Positions 18,000 to 27,037 of a DNA stretch of 32,000 nt are shown in pieces; position 1 is the stretch's first letter, and every line of letters starts with the position of its first letter. The DNA comes from Candidatus Saganbacteria bacterium. GTDB lineage: Bacteria; Margulisbacteria; WOR-1; JAKLHX01. The stretch lies in assembly GCA_026387835.1 (NCBI GenBank), contig JAPLKZ010000012.1, positions 1 to 32,000 of the forward strand, in the 5' to 3' direction. The notes below the pieces were generated by a model. It did not search any database and was not told where the DNA came from. It saw nothing but the letters and a program-made list of their open reading frames with translations. A program made the translations under genes and the position numbers.

Positions 18000-18420
18000 T
18001 TTCTATCCTTATTTCTCTCTGATACTCTCCTGTCATCTCAAAATATATCTTAACACAACCCTCCGGCAAAAGACTTCCCATTTTTTCGGCCCATTCTATT
18101 ATCAATATCGAATCGCCGTTCAATATGTCTTCTATGTCGAGGTCTTCAATATCATTGATGCTGTCAAGGCGGTAAAGGTCCAAATGATAAAGCGATCCGC
18201 CTTTTTCTTTGAGGGGGTATTCATTCATTATTACAAAAGAGGGGCTTGTCGCGTTATCTGATATGCCGAGTCCCTGAAGGATGCCCTGGACAAATGTCGT
18301 CTTGCCTGCTCCGAGACCGCCGTACAAGGCGATGACATCGCCCGGCCGGATATCAGCGGAAAGTTGTTTCCCCAGGAGCCTCGTCTCGGAAGGGCTACCA
18401 GCGTTCAAAATCGTCCGCAG
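17944..18420 (-). CDS. tsaE: tRNA threonylcarbamoyladenosine biosynthesis ATPase TsaE (start codon uncertain)
   Basis: ORF 17944..18504; the TsaE core is SETRLLGKQLSADIRPGDVIALYGGLGAGKTTFVQGILQGLG...TSPSFVIMNEY...YHLDLYRL...IIEWAEKMGSLLPE. The ~25 N-terminal residues of the track ORF overlap folK, so a downstream non-ATG start near 18420 is more likely. Confidence 0.88.
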   Translation of the reverse strand: MRTILNAGSPSETRLLGKQLSADIRPGDVIALYGGLGAGKTTFVQGILQGLGISDNATSPSFVIMNEYPLKEKGGSLYHLDLYRLDSINDIEDLDIEDILNGDSILIIEWAEKMGSLLPEGCVKIYFEMTGEYQREIRIENESIRHQHGDQNSGRRVR

Positions 18421-19174
18421 CCCCTTTTTTGATCTCTCTGAACCCCGGCAGTTCATCGTTGTACTTTTCGGCGAGCTCCGCTTTTTTCTCTTCGAAAAGC
18501 TCAAATATCGTCGTCTCCAGCACGGGATGGACGACCCTTGAAGCGATCTCTTTCAACGGCTCAAGGACGAACATCCTTTCCTGAAGCAGCGGATGAGGGA
18601 TCGAAAGATCATCCTCGCTCATCACGAGATCCTTGTAGAGTAAAATATCGATGTCTATGATCCTCGGCCCCCATTCGATGCCGCGCTCACGTCCGAGAGT
18701 ATCTTCTATCCCCTGGAGGGTCGCGAGAAGTTTGTCGGGATCAAGCGTCGTCTTTATCTCCACTGCCGAATTTATGAATGCCGGCTGGGAACGCTTGCCT
18801 TCCGGCTCCGTCTCATAATTTGAAGCGCGCCTGACCACCTTTATCCCCGGTGTCTCTTTCAGGATCGTGATCGCCTGTTCGATATATTCTTCCCTGTCCC
18901 CGACATTTGACCCGAGAGCGAGATATGCCGTAACAGCCTCTCCGGGTTTAAGTTTGAACTTCTCCTTTGCTTCGGCTTTTATATGGGCCTGTTTTACTGC
19001 CTTGGATTTTGCTTTCGCGTTGGACCCGGCGGTCATTTTACTTAAAGCCTGTTTTTTCGCGGCCGGCTTTTTCACGGTCTTACCGGCTTTTTTGTTTTTT
19101 TTCGGGCTTTGGACCTTCTTTGCCTTCGCCTTCACTTTTGCCCTGGCTTTTTTGATCTTTTTTTTCTTTTTCAT
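18395..19174 (-). CDS. folK: HPPK (6-hydroxymethyl-7,8-dihydropterin pyrophosphokinase) with ~80 aa Lys/Ala-rich N-terminal extension
   Basis: 259 aa; catalytic part AYLALGSNVGDREEYIEQAI...ERGIEWGPRIIDIDILLYKD...IPHPLLQERMFVLEPLKEIA. Extension MKKKKKIKKARAKVKAKAKKVQSPKKNKKAGKTVKKPAAKKQ... An AAGGAGG Shine-Dalgarno (19184-19190, minus strand) lies 9 nt upstream of the ATG. Confidence 0.95.
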   Translation of the reverse strand: MKKKKKIKKARAKVKAKAKKVQSPKKNKKAGKTVKKPAAKKQALSKMTAGSNAKAKSKAVKQAHIKAEAKEKFKLKPGEAVTAYLALGSNVGDREEYIEQAITILKETPGIKVVRRASNYETEPEGKRSQPAFINSAVEIKTTLDPDKLLATLQGIEDTLGRERGIEWGPRIIDIDILLYKDLVMSEDDLSIPHPLLQERMFVLEPLKEIASRVVHPVLETTIFELFEEKKAELAEKYNDELPGFREIKKGAADDFERW

Positions 19175-19177
19175 CCC

Positions 19178-20371
19178 TTAATCCCTCCTTGTTATAGCGT
19201 CTGATAATACAACAACCTTCTTCGCAAAAGAAGTATTATGACTTCTTATTATATCAACTTTTTTTGAAATGGCAAGTGCTATCGTTGCGGCGGTCCCCTC
19301 CTCCCTTTTTCGCGGATCATCCTCTCCCAGGATCTTGCCGATAAATGATTTTCTGGATGTACCTATGCAGACCGGTCTGCCTAAACACCTGAATTCGTCA
19401 AGGCGCCTGAGTATTTCAATATTATGTTCTACCGTTTTTCCGAAACCGATCCCCGGATCAAGGATGATATTTTCTTCTTTGACCCCCGCTTCTATCGCAT
19501 TCTCCATGCTTTCCTTAAAATATAAGATGATCTCAGAAATAAGGTCGTTATATTCCGGGCCGTTCTGCATCGTCTTCGGGCTGCCCTTTGAATGCATCAA
19601 TACTAAAGGGATGTTATATATAGCGGCGATCTTTGCGAGATCCTTATCAAAATGAAGGCCCGAGACATCGTTTATCATATTCGCGCCTGCCTTGACGGCA
19701 GCCTGCGCGACTGCTGGTTTACGCGTATCAACGGAGATTATTTTTGCAAAAGATTTTATTTTGGTTATTATCGGAACTATTCTCTTCGTCTCCTCTTCGG
19801 CAGAGACTTCTTCGGCTCCCGGTCTTGTCGATTCTCCTCCGATATCGATGATGTCGGCACCGTCTTCGATCATTTTTCCGGCGTGAGCGGCGGCATCTTC
19901 GACATCCAAAAACTCCCCTCCGTCAGAGAATGAATCCGGTGTTACGTTCAAGACGCCCATCACAAATGTCTTTTTTCCGAATTCCATGCCCAACATAGGT
20001 TTTGGATAGCTTTCCGACACTTCTATCAATTTTTCTATTTCCAGGGCTATCTGCGGGAGTTTGAACTGCTGGTCAGACAGTTTTTTAATGAGGTCCCTGT
20101 ACTGTGAAATAGTGCCGAATAATATTACATCCGTTTTATCCACGCTGTGGTTTATCGTACCGGCGCTTGTCGCGGCCTCGCCGCCTCTTGCAAGCATGTC
20201 CTGTTTCAGGATATTCGCTGCCGTGACGGGGACATCTTTTATCTTGACCGCCCTGAAGACAGCCTTTTCGGACATTATATCTATGCCTTTATCGTGCACG
20301 CCGATACTACGAAGCTCTTTTTCAGCTTCTTTCAGATCTTCTATCGAAATTATCCTTGGAAGAAAGTCCAT
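19178..20371 (-). CDS. folP: Dihydropteroate synthase with N-terminal extension
   Basis: 397 aa; FVMGVLNVTPDSFSDGG, DIIDIGGESTRPGAEEV, ISVDTRKPAVAQAAVKAGANMINDVSG, ILDPGIGFGKTVEHN, GTSRKSFIGKI. Confidence 0.96.
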   Translation of the reverse strand: MDFLPRIISIEDLKEAEKELRSIGVHDKGIDIMSEKAVFRAVKIKDVPVTAANILKQDMLARGGEAATSAGTINHSVDKTDVILFGTISQYRDLIKKLSDQQFKLPQIALEIEKLIEVSESYPKPMLGMEFGKKTFVMGVLNVTPDSFSDGGEFLDVEDAAAHAGKMIEDGADIIDIGGESTRPGAEEVSAEEETKRIVPIITKIKSFAKIISVDTRKPAVAQAAVKAGANMINDVSGLHFDKDLAKIAAIYNIPLVLMHSKGSPKTMQNGPEYNDLISEIILYFKESMENAIEAGVKEENIILDPGIGFGKTVEHNIEILRRLDEFRCLGRPVCIGTSRKSFIGKILGEDDPRKREEGTAATIALAISKKVDIIRSHNTSFAKKVVVLSDAITRRD

Positions 20372-20408
20372 GGCCGAAGGTATTATATCACGAAAGAATA
20401 AAACGGCC

Positions 20409-21866
20409 TTAAGACAGGGTCAGCTTGACCGCGCCATTACTTCTGTTGTCTATCCTGCCCCTGTCATCTATCCTGTGACCGGCGATCCAGAGGATCTTTT
20501 TATTATCGCAGACGACGGGAATGCCGGGCCTTTCGCCCGGAGGGACTTTGTTGTCAATAAAATAATCGTGGAGTTTTTTACTGCCTTTCATCCCGAACGG
20601 GACGAACCTGTCCCCTGCCCTGCAGCTGCGGACAATAAGTTCAGTTCCGCTTATCTTTTCCGGGTCGACATAAGCTTCGTTATTTTTGATCTTTTTTTTG
20701 TTCTCCGGCATTGTTGAATACACGGCTGAAATGACCTGTCCGGTTTCTTTGATCTTCACCGAACCGGGGATCTTTAAAATGTACTTGAAGCTTTTTATCT
20801 TTTTTTTCTCCGGCTTGAAATTTGAGACCGTTATTTTCCCGTCATCGACCGAAGCGTAGACCCCTTCCGGCAGACAGATAAAACCTCTTTTTAGCCTTAA
20901 AATATCGTGGACATGGACCTCTTCGATATTCTGCAGGCTGCCCTTGATCTTTTCCACCGCCAGCCTGACGATATACGGCCTTAGATCTTTTCCTGCGGAA
21001 GACAACCTGCCCGCATCCAGGCGGATCGAGGACCTGCCGTTGCTTTTATATTTATCTATGGTACAGGCTGAAAGTTTTTTTTCTGCCTGCCTGATGATCC
21101 CCGCGTACTTTCTGCGCGAAGACTTTATCAATGAAAACAATTTCTTTTTCGCGTTCTTTTCACAGGCCTCCAGTTCAGGCAGTTCGACGTTCCTTATCCT
21201 GTTCCTTGTGTGGACGTTCTCCGCATTTGTCCGGTCGGTCCTGTAAGGGATATTATTTCTTTTGCAGTAATCAAGGATCTCCTTTTTCCAGACATCGATA
21301 AAGGGCCTGATGACATGGCCCCTGACAGGAGGAATACCGCACATTCCCTTTAACCCCGTGCCTCTCTTGATCCGCATCAGAAGGGTTTCGATGTTGTCAT
21401 CGCAGTGATGGGCAAGGGCGATCCCGGAAGCTCTGATCTTCCTGCGGATGTTTTCAAGGCACTTGTATCTTAAGTTCCTGCCGGCCTCTTCAAGCGATAA
21501 TTTATTTTTCATTGCGTACCCGGGGACATCTATCGCTTTCATTGCCACCGGAATATTATTTTTTCTGCAGTAATCTTTGACGAACAAAGCATCTTCGACC
21601 GCCTCTTCCCCCCTGATCTTGTGGTCAAGGTGAAAGGCCCGGATATTAAAGCCGCTTTTCTTTAAAAAATGCAGGAGGGCCATGGAATCCGGCCCGCCCG
21701 AAACTGCGACCAGGATTTTTCCGGCCGGGGTCATCATTTTATGGGCTTTTATCGTTCTTTTTGCTTTTGTCTCTAACAAGTCAGGCGATCCTATCCGAAA
21801 TAACGGATATAACGGGGATGCGGAAATCTTTTCCCGTGAGAAACAGCACAGCGCAGTAGCCGGCAT
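20409..21866 (-). CDS. tilS: tRNA(Ile)-lysidine synthase (start position uncertain)
   Basis: Core ILVAVSGGPDSMALLHFLKKSG, FHLDHKIRGEEA, LAHHCDDNIETLLMRIKRGTGLKGMCGI; C-terminal TilS-like domain (GDRFVPFGMKGSKKLHDYFIDNKVPPGERPGIPVVCD). Confidence 0.95.
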   Translation of the reverse strand: MPATALCCFSREKISASPLYPLFRIGSPDLLETKAKRTIKAHKMMTPAGKILVAVSGGPDSMALLHFLKKSGFNIRAFHLDHKIRGEEAVEDALFVKDYCRKNNIPVAMKAIDVPGYAMKNKLSLEEAGRNLRYKCLENIRRKIRASGIALAHHCDDNIETLLMRIKRGTGLKGMCGIPPVRGHVIRPFIDVWKKEILDYCKRNNIPYRTDRTNAENVHTRNRIRNVELPELEACEKNAKKKLFSLIKSSRRKYAGIIRQAEKKLSACTIDKYKSNGRSSIRLDAGRLSSAGKDLRPYIVRLAVEKIKGSLQNIEEVHVHDILRLKRGFICLPEGVYASVDDGKITVSNFKPEKKKIKSFKYILKIPGSVKIKETGQVISAVYSTMPENKKKIKNNEAYVDPEKISGTELIVRSCRAGDRFVPFGMKGSKKLHDYFIDNKVPPGERPGIPVVCDNKKILWIAGHRIDDRGRIDNRSNGAVKLTLS

Positions 21867-22155
21867 AGGCCCACAACAAAAACGCCGCGGATCCTACCGC
21901 CTTATCAAGCAGGGGAACAGTGATATTTGAAAGTATCGAATATATCATCATCCTCAGAAATATCAGGAGCAGGATGTTCACCGTCCATAATAAAAGCGCC
22001 TGCGCCGCATGGAAGGCCATGCATAAGTTCTTTCTCTTTTCTGTCAGGATGATATAGAAAGACGGTAACCAAAATATATATGAGGAAAATATGAGGGTTT
22101 TATCGCTGATCTTCAGTTTTTCAGTATTTCTATTGTTTTCTTTGATAGTATCCAT
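21781..22155 (-). CDS. Small membrane protein, DUF4870/Tic20-like
   Basis: Start ATG 22153-22155 (MDTIKENNRNTEKLKISDKTLIFSSYIFWLPSFYIILTEKRKNLCMAFHAAQALLLWTVNILLL...); about three hydrophobic segments with a FHAAQA-type motif. Confidence 0.7.
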   Translation of the reverse strand: MDTIKENNRNTEKLKISDKTLIFSSYIFWLPSFYIILTEKRKNLCMAFHAAQALLLWTVNILLLIFLRMMIYSILSNITVPLLDKAVGSAAFLLWAYAGYCAVLFLTGKDFRIPVISVISDRIA

Positions 22156-22193
22156 AAATTGTTCTTTGATAAGAGACTTTCTTCGCAAGTTCA

Positions 22194-22267
22194 TGTCGGG
22201 GGCCGGAATCGAACCGGCGACCTAGGGCTTATGAGTCCCTCGCTCTAACCGTCTGAGCTACCCCGAC
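22194..22267 (-). tRNA. tRNA with CAU anticodon (elongator Met or Ile2; not distinguishable from sequence alone)
   Basis: Minus strand folds as GTCGGGG-TA-GCTC-AGACGGTTA-GAGC-G-AGGGA-CTCATAA-GCCCT-AGGTC-GCCGG-TTCGATT-CCGGC-CCCCGAC-A. No encoded CCA. The paired G1-C72 argues against initiator Met. Confidence 0.95.
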
Positions 22268-22296
22268 ATTTGCGAGGCGCCGCCTTGTTCATAAAG

Positions 22297-23544
22297 TTAA
22301 GCTATCTTCCTCATCACCAGCCCGGAATACGGTTTTGGATAGAAGAACGTCGATTTCTGCGGCATCCTGCCTCCGGCATCCGCGATGCTCATGATCTGGG
22401 AGATCTTCGTAGGGTTAAGGAGGAATGCGCACACGGCTTTTCCTTTTTTTACGGCCGCTACCGCTTCCGCATCGTCATGCGAGTAAGTTATAACTGTCTC
22501 GGTCTTCCTGTCCCTGTATTTATCAAGGATGTCATCTATTAAAAGGCTATGGAGGATCGCCACGTCCAGTTCGGCAAGCGCCTGGCGGCCTTTTTCCGCC
22601 ATGACCCTGTTCTTTGTGACCACATCCCTCAGCTTGAACATGTACATCTTGTTGTCTTTCCTGCTGAAATAGCCGAATACATGCCCTACGGCTTTTTCTA
22701 TCTTCGCGAACGAGTCCACCTCTACCACGAGAAAATGTCTCTTCGCGTTCTTCATTATGAGGTCATTGTCTTCGTCGGAGATATTGAGGATCCTGTGTAT
22801 CGGAAGCACGAGGAGCCCCGGGTCCTGCTCTTCCACAAAATAGGTCATTATGTAGTTGTGGGGGTTCGCGCTGTCCGGATTTACTTTCAGTTCTTTGGCG
22901 TAATTCAGCGCCGTTTCATACCTGTGGTGCCCGTCCGCGATATACGCGCTTATGTCCGTGAAACCTTTACAAAAAGATGACACCGCTTTTTCGTCGGTCA
23001 CCCTCCAGAAGCGGTGCGTCACCTCATTGTCATCCTTTGCGCTAAAGAGGGGCTCTTCTTCCGGGATCGATACCTCATCCCCCTTATAAAGGACAAATAT
23101 CGGCTCCGTATTCGCGGAACACGCTCTCATCAGGAGCAGCCTGTCCTCCTTGGGCTTTGAATAAGTGTTCTCGTGCACCTTGACGGAGCCTTTTTGGTCC
23201 AGTCTTAAAAGACCTATAAACCCTCTTCTTGAATAATTCGTTTTTTTGTGCGTGAACTGCTGCTCGTACACATAAAGCCCGGGGACGTCGTCCTCGGCAA
23301 ATATGCCTTCGTTCATCCATTCCTGCATAAAATGCGCCGCGCGCGAATAGCGGTTTTCACTCTCGTTATCATGCTCTGTCTTCTTGCCGAGAATGATCCG
23401 TACGATATTATGCTCGTCCTTGGAATAATATTTTTCCTGCTCCTCCTCTGATATGACATCATAGGGAGGGGATATTACTTTTGAGACATCCCTTACTTTT
23501 TCCTTATCATATATGATGCCTTTAAAGGGCTTGATCTCTACCAT
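22297..23544 (-). CDS. DUF1015 family protein
   Basis: Likely start ATG 23542-23544 (MVEIKPFKGIIYDKEKVRDVSKVISPPYDVISEEEQEKYY). Motifs IADGHHRYETALNYA and FYPKPYSGLVMRKI typical of DUF1015. Confidence 0.93.
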   Translation of the reverse strand: MVEIKPFKGIIYDKEKVRDVSKVISPPYDVISEEEQEKYYSKDEHNIVRIILGKKTEHDNESENRYSRAAHFMQEWMNEGIFAEDDVPGLYVYEQQFTHKKTNYSRRGFIGLLRLDQKGSVKVHENTYSKPKEDRLLLMRACSANTEPIFVLYKGDEVSIPEEEPLFSAKDDNEVTHRFWRVTDEKAVSSFCKGFTDISAYIADGHHRYETALNYAKELKVNPDSANPHNYIMTYFVEEQDPGLLVLPIHRILNISDEDNDLIMKNAKRHFLVVEVDSFAKIEKAVGHVFGYFSRKDNKMYMFKLRDVVTKNRVMAEKGRQALAELDVAILHSLLIDDILDKYRDRKTETVITYSHDDAEAVAAVKKGKAVCAFLLNPTKISQIMSIADAGGRMPQKSTFFYPKPYSGLVMRKIA

Positions 23545-23591
23545 GTCGGCTCCTTGACATATATTATAACAAAATATGAACATAAAAACAT

Positions 23592-23620
23592 TTGCAAATA
23601 ATACGGTCATTTGCTAGAAT
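23592..23620 (+). promoter_or_regulatory. Putative sigma70-type promoter for the receiver-domain gene
   Basis: TTGCAA (23592-23597), 17 nt spacer, TAGAAT (23615-23620); ATG at 23630. Confidence 0.5.
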
Positions 23621-23629
23621 ATATCCAAC

Positions 23630-24064
23630 ATGGCGGAAACCAATAAGACAAAAGTGCTGGTCGTTGATGACGAGCCGGGAGCTTTGGAATCATTCAGGAT
23701 GATCCTTGAGATCAAGGATTTTGAAGTCTCCACTTTTTCCAGCGGGATCGAGGCTCTTGCCGCGGTTGAAAAGACCGCCTTCCAAATAGCTTTCATCGAC
23801 CTGAAGATGCCTATAATGGGAGGGCTTGAAGTGCTGAAAAAGCTTAAAGAGCTGTCTCCCACCACCGAAGCCGTGATCGTGACCGCCTACGCATCCGAGG
23901 AATCACAGGCCAACGCCATCACTCTCGGAGCCATGGAATATTTAAGGAAACCATTTTTGATGGAAGAGATATTCTCGCTTTGCGACAGGGCCCTGCGGAA
24001 AAGGCGCGAGAAGGGAGCTTCAAAAGACAGTATTGGCGGCCCGAACCTCGGCAATATCCACTGA
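23630..24064 (+). CDS. Stand-alone response regulator (CheY-like receiver)
   Basis: 144 aa; VLVVDDEPGAL, FIDLKMPIMGGLEVL, VIVTAYASEE, YLRKPF; no output domain. Confidence 0.93.
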   Translation: MAETNKTKVLVVDDEPGALESFRMILEIKDFEVSTFSSGIEALAAVEKTAFQIAFIDLKMPIMGGLEVLKKLKELSPTTEAVIVTAYASEESQANAITLGAMEYLRKPFLMEEIFSLCDRALRKRREKGASKDSIGGPNLGNIH

Positions 24065-24841
24065 TCAGGTCCTTAACATCCAGACTATGATGATGACCGC
24101 CCCGACTATGAACCTGTACCACACAAATATTTTGAACGAATGCTTCATCAGGTACTGAAGAAGGAATTTTATCGATAAAAATCCTACGATCGCCGAAGAC
24201 AGGATCCCGATGATCAAGGGTGTAGCATCGCTGTAAGGCAGTCCTCCTGAAAAGAAATATCGCAGCTTGAACAATCCCGCGCCCAAAATAACGGGTGATG
24301 CGAGCAGGAACGAGAACCTTGCCGCGGATTCCCTGTCGAGCCCGCTGAAAAGACCCGCGGTCATCGTGATGCCGGACCTCGAGACGCCTGGTATTAGAGC
24401 AAGCACCTGCGCAAGGCCGATGAATATGGAATCGATCAGATTTACGTCCTTAACGGCCCTGTTTTTACGCCCCGTGTACTCGGCCAGCCACAGGACGCAG
24501 CCGAGGGCTATCATGCATGCAGCGACAAGTATAGGAGAGCGCAGCGTCGTTTCGAAAAGGTTTTCATAAGCCAGTCCGATAACAGCCGCAGGCAGACAAC
24601 CGATCAGGATCGAGCGGAACAAGGGCTCCTTCCAATTCTTGATGATGTCCAGCCAGTCCTTCCAGAAAAAACATATTATCGCCAGCATCGTCCCCAGATG
24701 AAGCCCCGCGTCGAAAGACAGTCCGGGATCCCTGAAATTGAACATCCACGGGATCACCACAAGATGGCCTGAACTGCTTATCGGAAGGAACTCCGTGATA
24801 CCCTGGACTATTCCCATGATCAGGGCCTGGATAATCGACAT
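24065..24841 (-). CDS. uppP: Undecaprenyl-diphosphatase (BacA/UppP)
   Basis: 258 aa; GIVQGITEFLPISSSGHLVVI and GVSRSGITMTAGLFSGLDRESAARFSFLLASPVILGAGLFKL motifs. Confidence 0.96.
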   Translation of the reverse strand: MSIIQALIMGIVQGITEFLPISSSGHLVVIPWMFNFRDPGLSFDAGLHLGTMLAIICFFWKDWLDIIKNWKEPLFRSILIGCLPAAVIGLAYENLFETTLRSPILVAACMIALGCVLWLAEYTGRKNRAVKDVNLIDSIFIGLAQVLALIPGVSRSGITMTAGLFSGLDRESAARFSFLLASPVILGAGLFKLRYFFSGGLPYSDATPLIIGILSSAIVGFLSIKFLLQYLMKHSFKIFVWYRFIVGAVIIIVWMLRT

Positions 24842-24842
24842 T

Positions 24843-25787
24843 TTACGCGTCCTTTTTTTTGTTCATATTATCAAAACTTGATATCAGATCGAGGAGACGG
24901 TATTTGTTTATTTTACAGGAAAACGAAGGGATCATATAGTCGATGTCCGCGCAACCGGCACACGCGTCCATCCTTCCTTCCAGTTTTTTATACCCTTTTA
25001 TTATATCCGAGTTCATGACCTTCTCAAGTTTCCCGTCTATAGGTATCCTTGCCTGAAAGGAATTTATGCACGGAAGTATCAGATGGTCGTCCGGCGAGAT
25101 CGTGACCGTGGTCTCAAGCGCCCTGCATACAGGCTTGTTCTTGTCGTTGCCTCCGTGCTTCAATAATTCCATGACGGCCCTGTTCATCTCGACATTCTTT
25201 CTCCGCGCATACCTCAGGATATAATCCACCGATATCTTTTCAAAGCCTTCAAACCCGAAAAAATGGTGGACGGGATTTATTCTCAGGGTCACGCCGCTGT
25301 GCTGCGCGAGGTCCACCATTTCCGGAAGAGATCTCACGCTGTCGCGCGTGACCGTGAAATTTATCTTTACGTCCATGCCCATTTTTTTTGCCAGGGAAAT
25401 GCCGGCAACGGCTTCGGCGTAGCATTCCTGCCCTCTTATCCTGTTATGTTCTTCTTCGCCGGGAGCGTCAAGCGGTATATAAAGCTCGTCAAGGAGGCCT
25501 TTCATCTCACACAGCTTTTCCGGATGATCAAGTCCGCCGGTAAAAAGAGCAACATGCAATCCCTTTTTCTTGGCGATGGACAGGATATCCTTGATGTCAT
25601 GACGCAGCAGGGGCTCGCCTCCGGTAAAATTTACTGACTTGACCCCGAGCTTGACGAGTGAATCGAGGTTCTTTTCTATTGTATAGATGCCCGCTTCTTC
25701 GACCCCCTCGAATTCGCTGTCATTTGAAATGCGGCAGAACTCGCACCGGCAGCTGCATCTGTAAGTGAGATAATAATGGCATATCAT
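24843..25787 (-). CDS. Radical SAM protein with Cys-rich C-terminal (SPASM/twitch-like) region
   Basis: 314 aa; CSCRCEFC (Cx3Cx2C), VNFTGGEPLLRHD, C-terminal PVCRALETTVTISPDDHLILPCINSF and CAGCADIDYMIPSFSCK. Confidence 0.9.
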   Translation of the reverse strand: MICHYYLTYRCSCRCEFCRISNDSEFEGVEEAGIYTIEKNLDSLVKLGVKSVNFTGGEPLLRHDIKDILSIAKKKGLHVALFTGGLDHPEKLCEMKGLLDELYIPLDAPGEEEHNRIRGQECYAEAVAGISLAKKMGMDVKINFTVTRDSVRSLPEMVDLAQHSGVTLRINPVHHFFGFEGFEKISVDYILRYARRKNVEMNRAVMELLKHGGNDKNKPVCRALETTVTISPDDHLILPCINSFQARIPIDGKLEKVMNSDIIKGYKKLEGRMDACAGCADIDYMIPSFSCKINKYRLLDLISSFDNMNKKKDA

Positions 25788-27037
25788 ACCGTTCGGAGTT
25801 TTGGCACCAGAATGCTGAGTAAGCCCGATAACAGGATTATAAGTCCGAGAGCAAGTATCGCCCTGTCCAGGCCGAAATAGTCGGCTATGAGGCCGAATAC
25901 GACCACAGGTATCGTGAACGCGAAGTTGATAAGCATGTTCTGTATCCCGAATACCCTTCCCCTCAGGGACCTCGGAGTTTTGTGCTGAATTATGGTTTGT
26001 ATAGTCGCATTGATCAATATATTACCGAAACCGAGTATGAAGCAGTACAAAAAAGCAAGAAAGACGTTCCTGGTAAATGCCAGCAGGATAAGGACTGTCC
26101 CGGAAGAGATGAAGCCTATAAAGACTATGATGTTTTTTTTGAAATAGTGGCTCAATTTTCCGAGAGCCAGCATGCCGAGCATCATTCCCGCCCCCGTAAA
26201 AATGACCAGATAACCGAAATTCCTCGCGCCGATGCCGATATATTGTTCGGCAAACTGTATCGCGAGCATGCATATCACGGCAAGGCCCGAGGTTATCACC
26301 ATCATCTTCAGCAGCGAATATCTGACGACAACGTTCCTTCTTATGAACTCAAAACCCATTAGCAGGTCATGTTTCACGCTTTTTATAGAGTATCTTTTCT
26401 CCCTGGCGCCGTCCTTATGCGGCACCATGAATACCGCAAGCGCTGATATGAAATAAAGCATCGCCGCGATCGCAAAGGTCACTTCCTCTCCGAATATTAT
26501 GACAAGCGGAGCTCCGATGCCGAACCCTATTACAGAGCTCCACATCCACGTGGTCATGAAAAGCGAATTTGCCACGATAAGGTTCTCCCTCTCGACGACC
26601 TCGGTAAGGAGCGACGCCTCCGCCGGAGCGAAGAACTGGGCTATCGTGTAGATCAGAAGGCTTACAAGGAAAATAGTGAAAAGAGATCTTTGCAGAAGAA
26701 AGATCATCAGGATTATCAGGATACCCCTCAGTATGTCAGACATCACCATGGTCTTCTTTCTCTGCCACCTGTCCACATATACGCCGGCGAACGAAGCGAA
26801 CAGCACGGAGGGGATGCCGAAAGAGAGCATGGGGACCGAGACCCCGAGATTGGTCTTTGTGAGATTGTAGGCAACTATGACAAGCACATATATGTATATC
26901 CTGTCGGCCATCTGGGAAAGGACCTGACCTATCCAGAGACAGACAAATGATCTGTTCTTTAACACGGCGCTGAATCTTGGCGGGATTACAGGCTTTTCCA
27001 AAGGCGGATATCCTTTCCTAAGTGGTCGGACAGGCAC
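25784..27037 (-). CDS. Major facilitator superfamily transporter (start uncertain)
   Basis: 417 aa; FVCLWIGQVLSQMADRIYIYVLVIVAYNLT, AGVYVDRWQRKKTMVMSDILRG, multiple TM segments. Confidence 0.9.
   Translation of the reverse strand: MPVRPLRKGYPPLEKPVIPPRFSAVLKNRSFVCLWIGQVLSQMADRIYIYVLVIVAYNLTKTNLGVSVPMLSFGIPSVLFASFAGVYVDRWQRKKTMVMSDILRGILIILMIFLLQRSLFTIFLVSLLIYTIAQFFAPAEASLLTEVVERENLIVANSLFMTTWMWSSVIGFGIGAPLVIIFGEEVTFAIAAMLYFISALAVFMVPHKDGAREKRYSIKSVKHDLLMGFEFIRRNVVVRYSLLKMMVITSGLAVICMLAIQFAEQYIGIGARNFGYLVIFTGAGMMLGMLALGKLSHYFKKNIIVFIGFISSGTVLILLAFTRNVFLAFLYCFILGFGNILINATIQTIIQHKTPRSLRGRVFGIQNMLINFAFTIPVVVFGLIADYFGLDRAILALGLIILLSGLLSILVPKLRTV

Noticed and set aside
17473-18261. 262 aa plus-strand ORF opposite tsaB/tsaE
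   Set aside because: Fully antisense to two conserved essential genes and without its own motif.
18935-19174. AAG/GCC-rich stretch considered as a DNA tandem repeat
   Set aside because: No fixed repeat unit at DNA level; it is better explained as a coding low-complexity Lys/Ala tail with a good upstream Shine-Dalgarno.
20061-20717. 218 aa plus-strand ORF across the folP/tilS junction
   Set aside because: Covers the antisense of two conserved genes; the translation has no recognisable domain.
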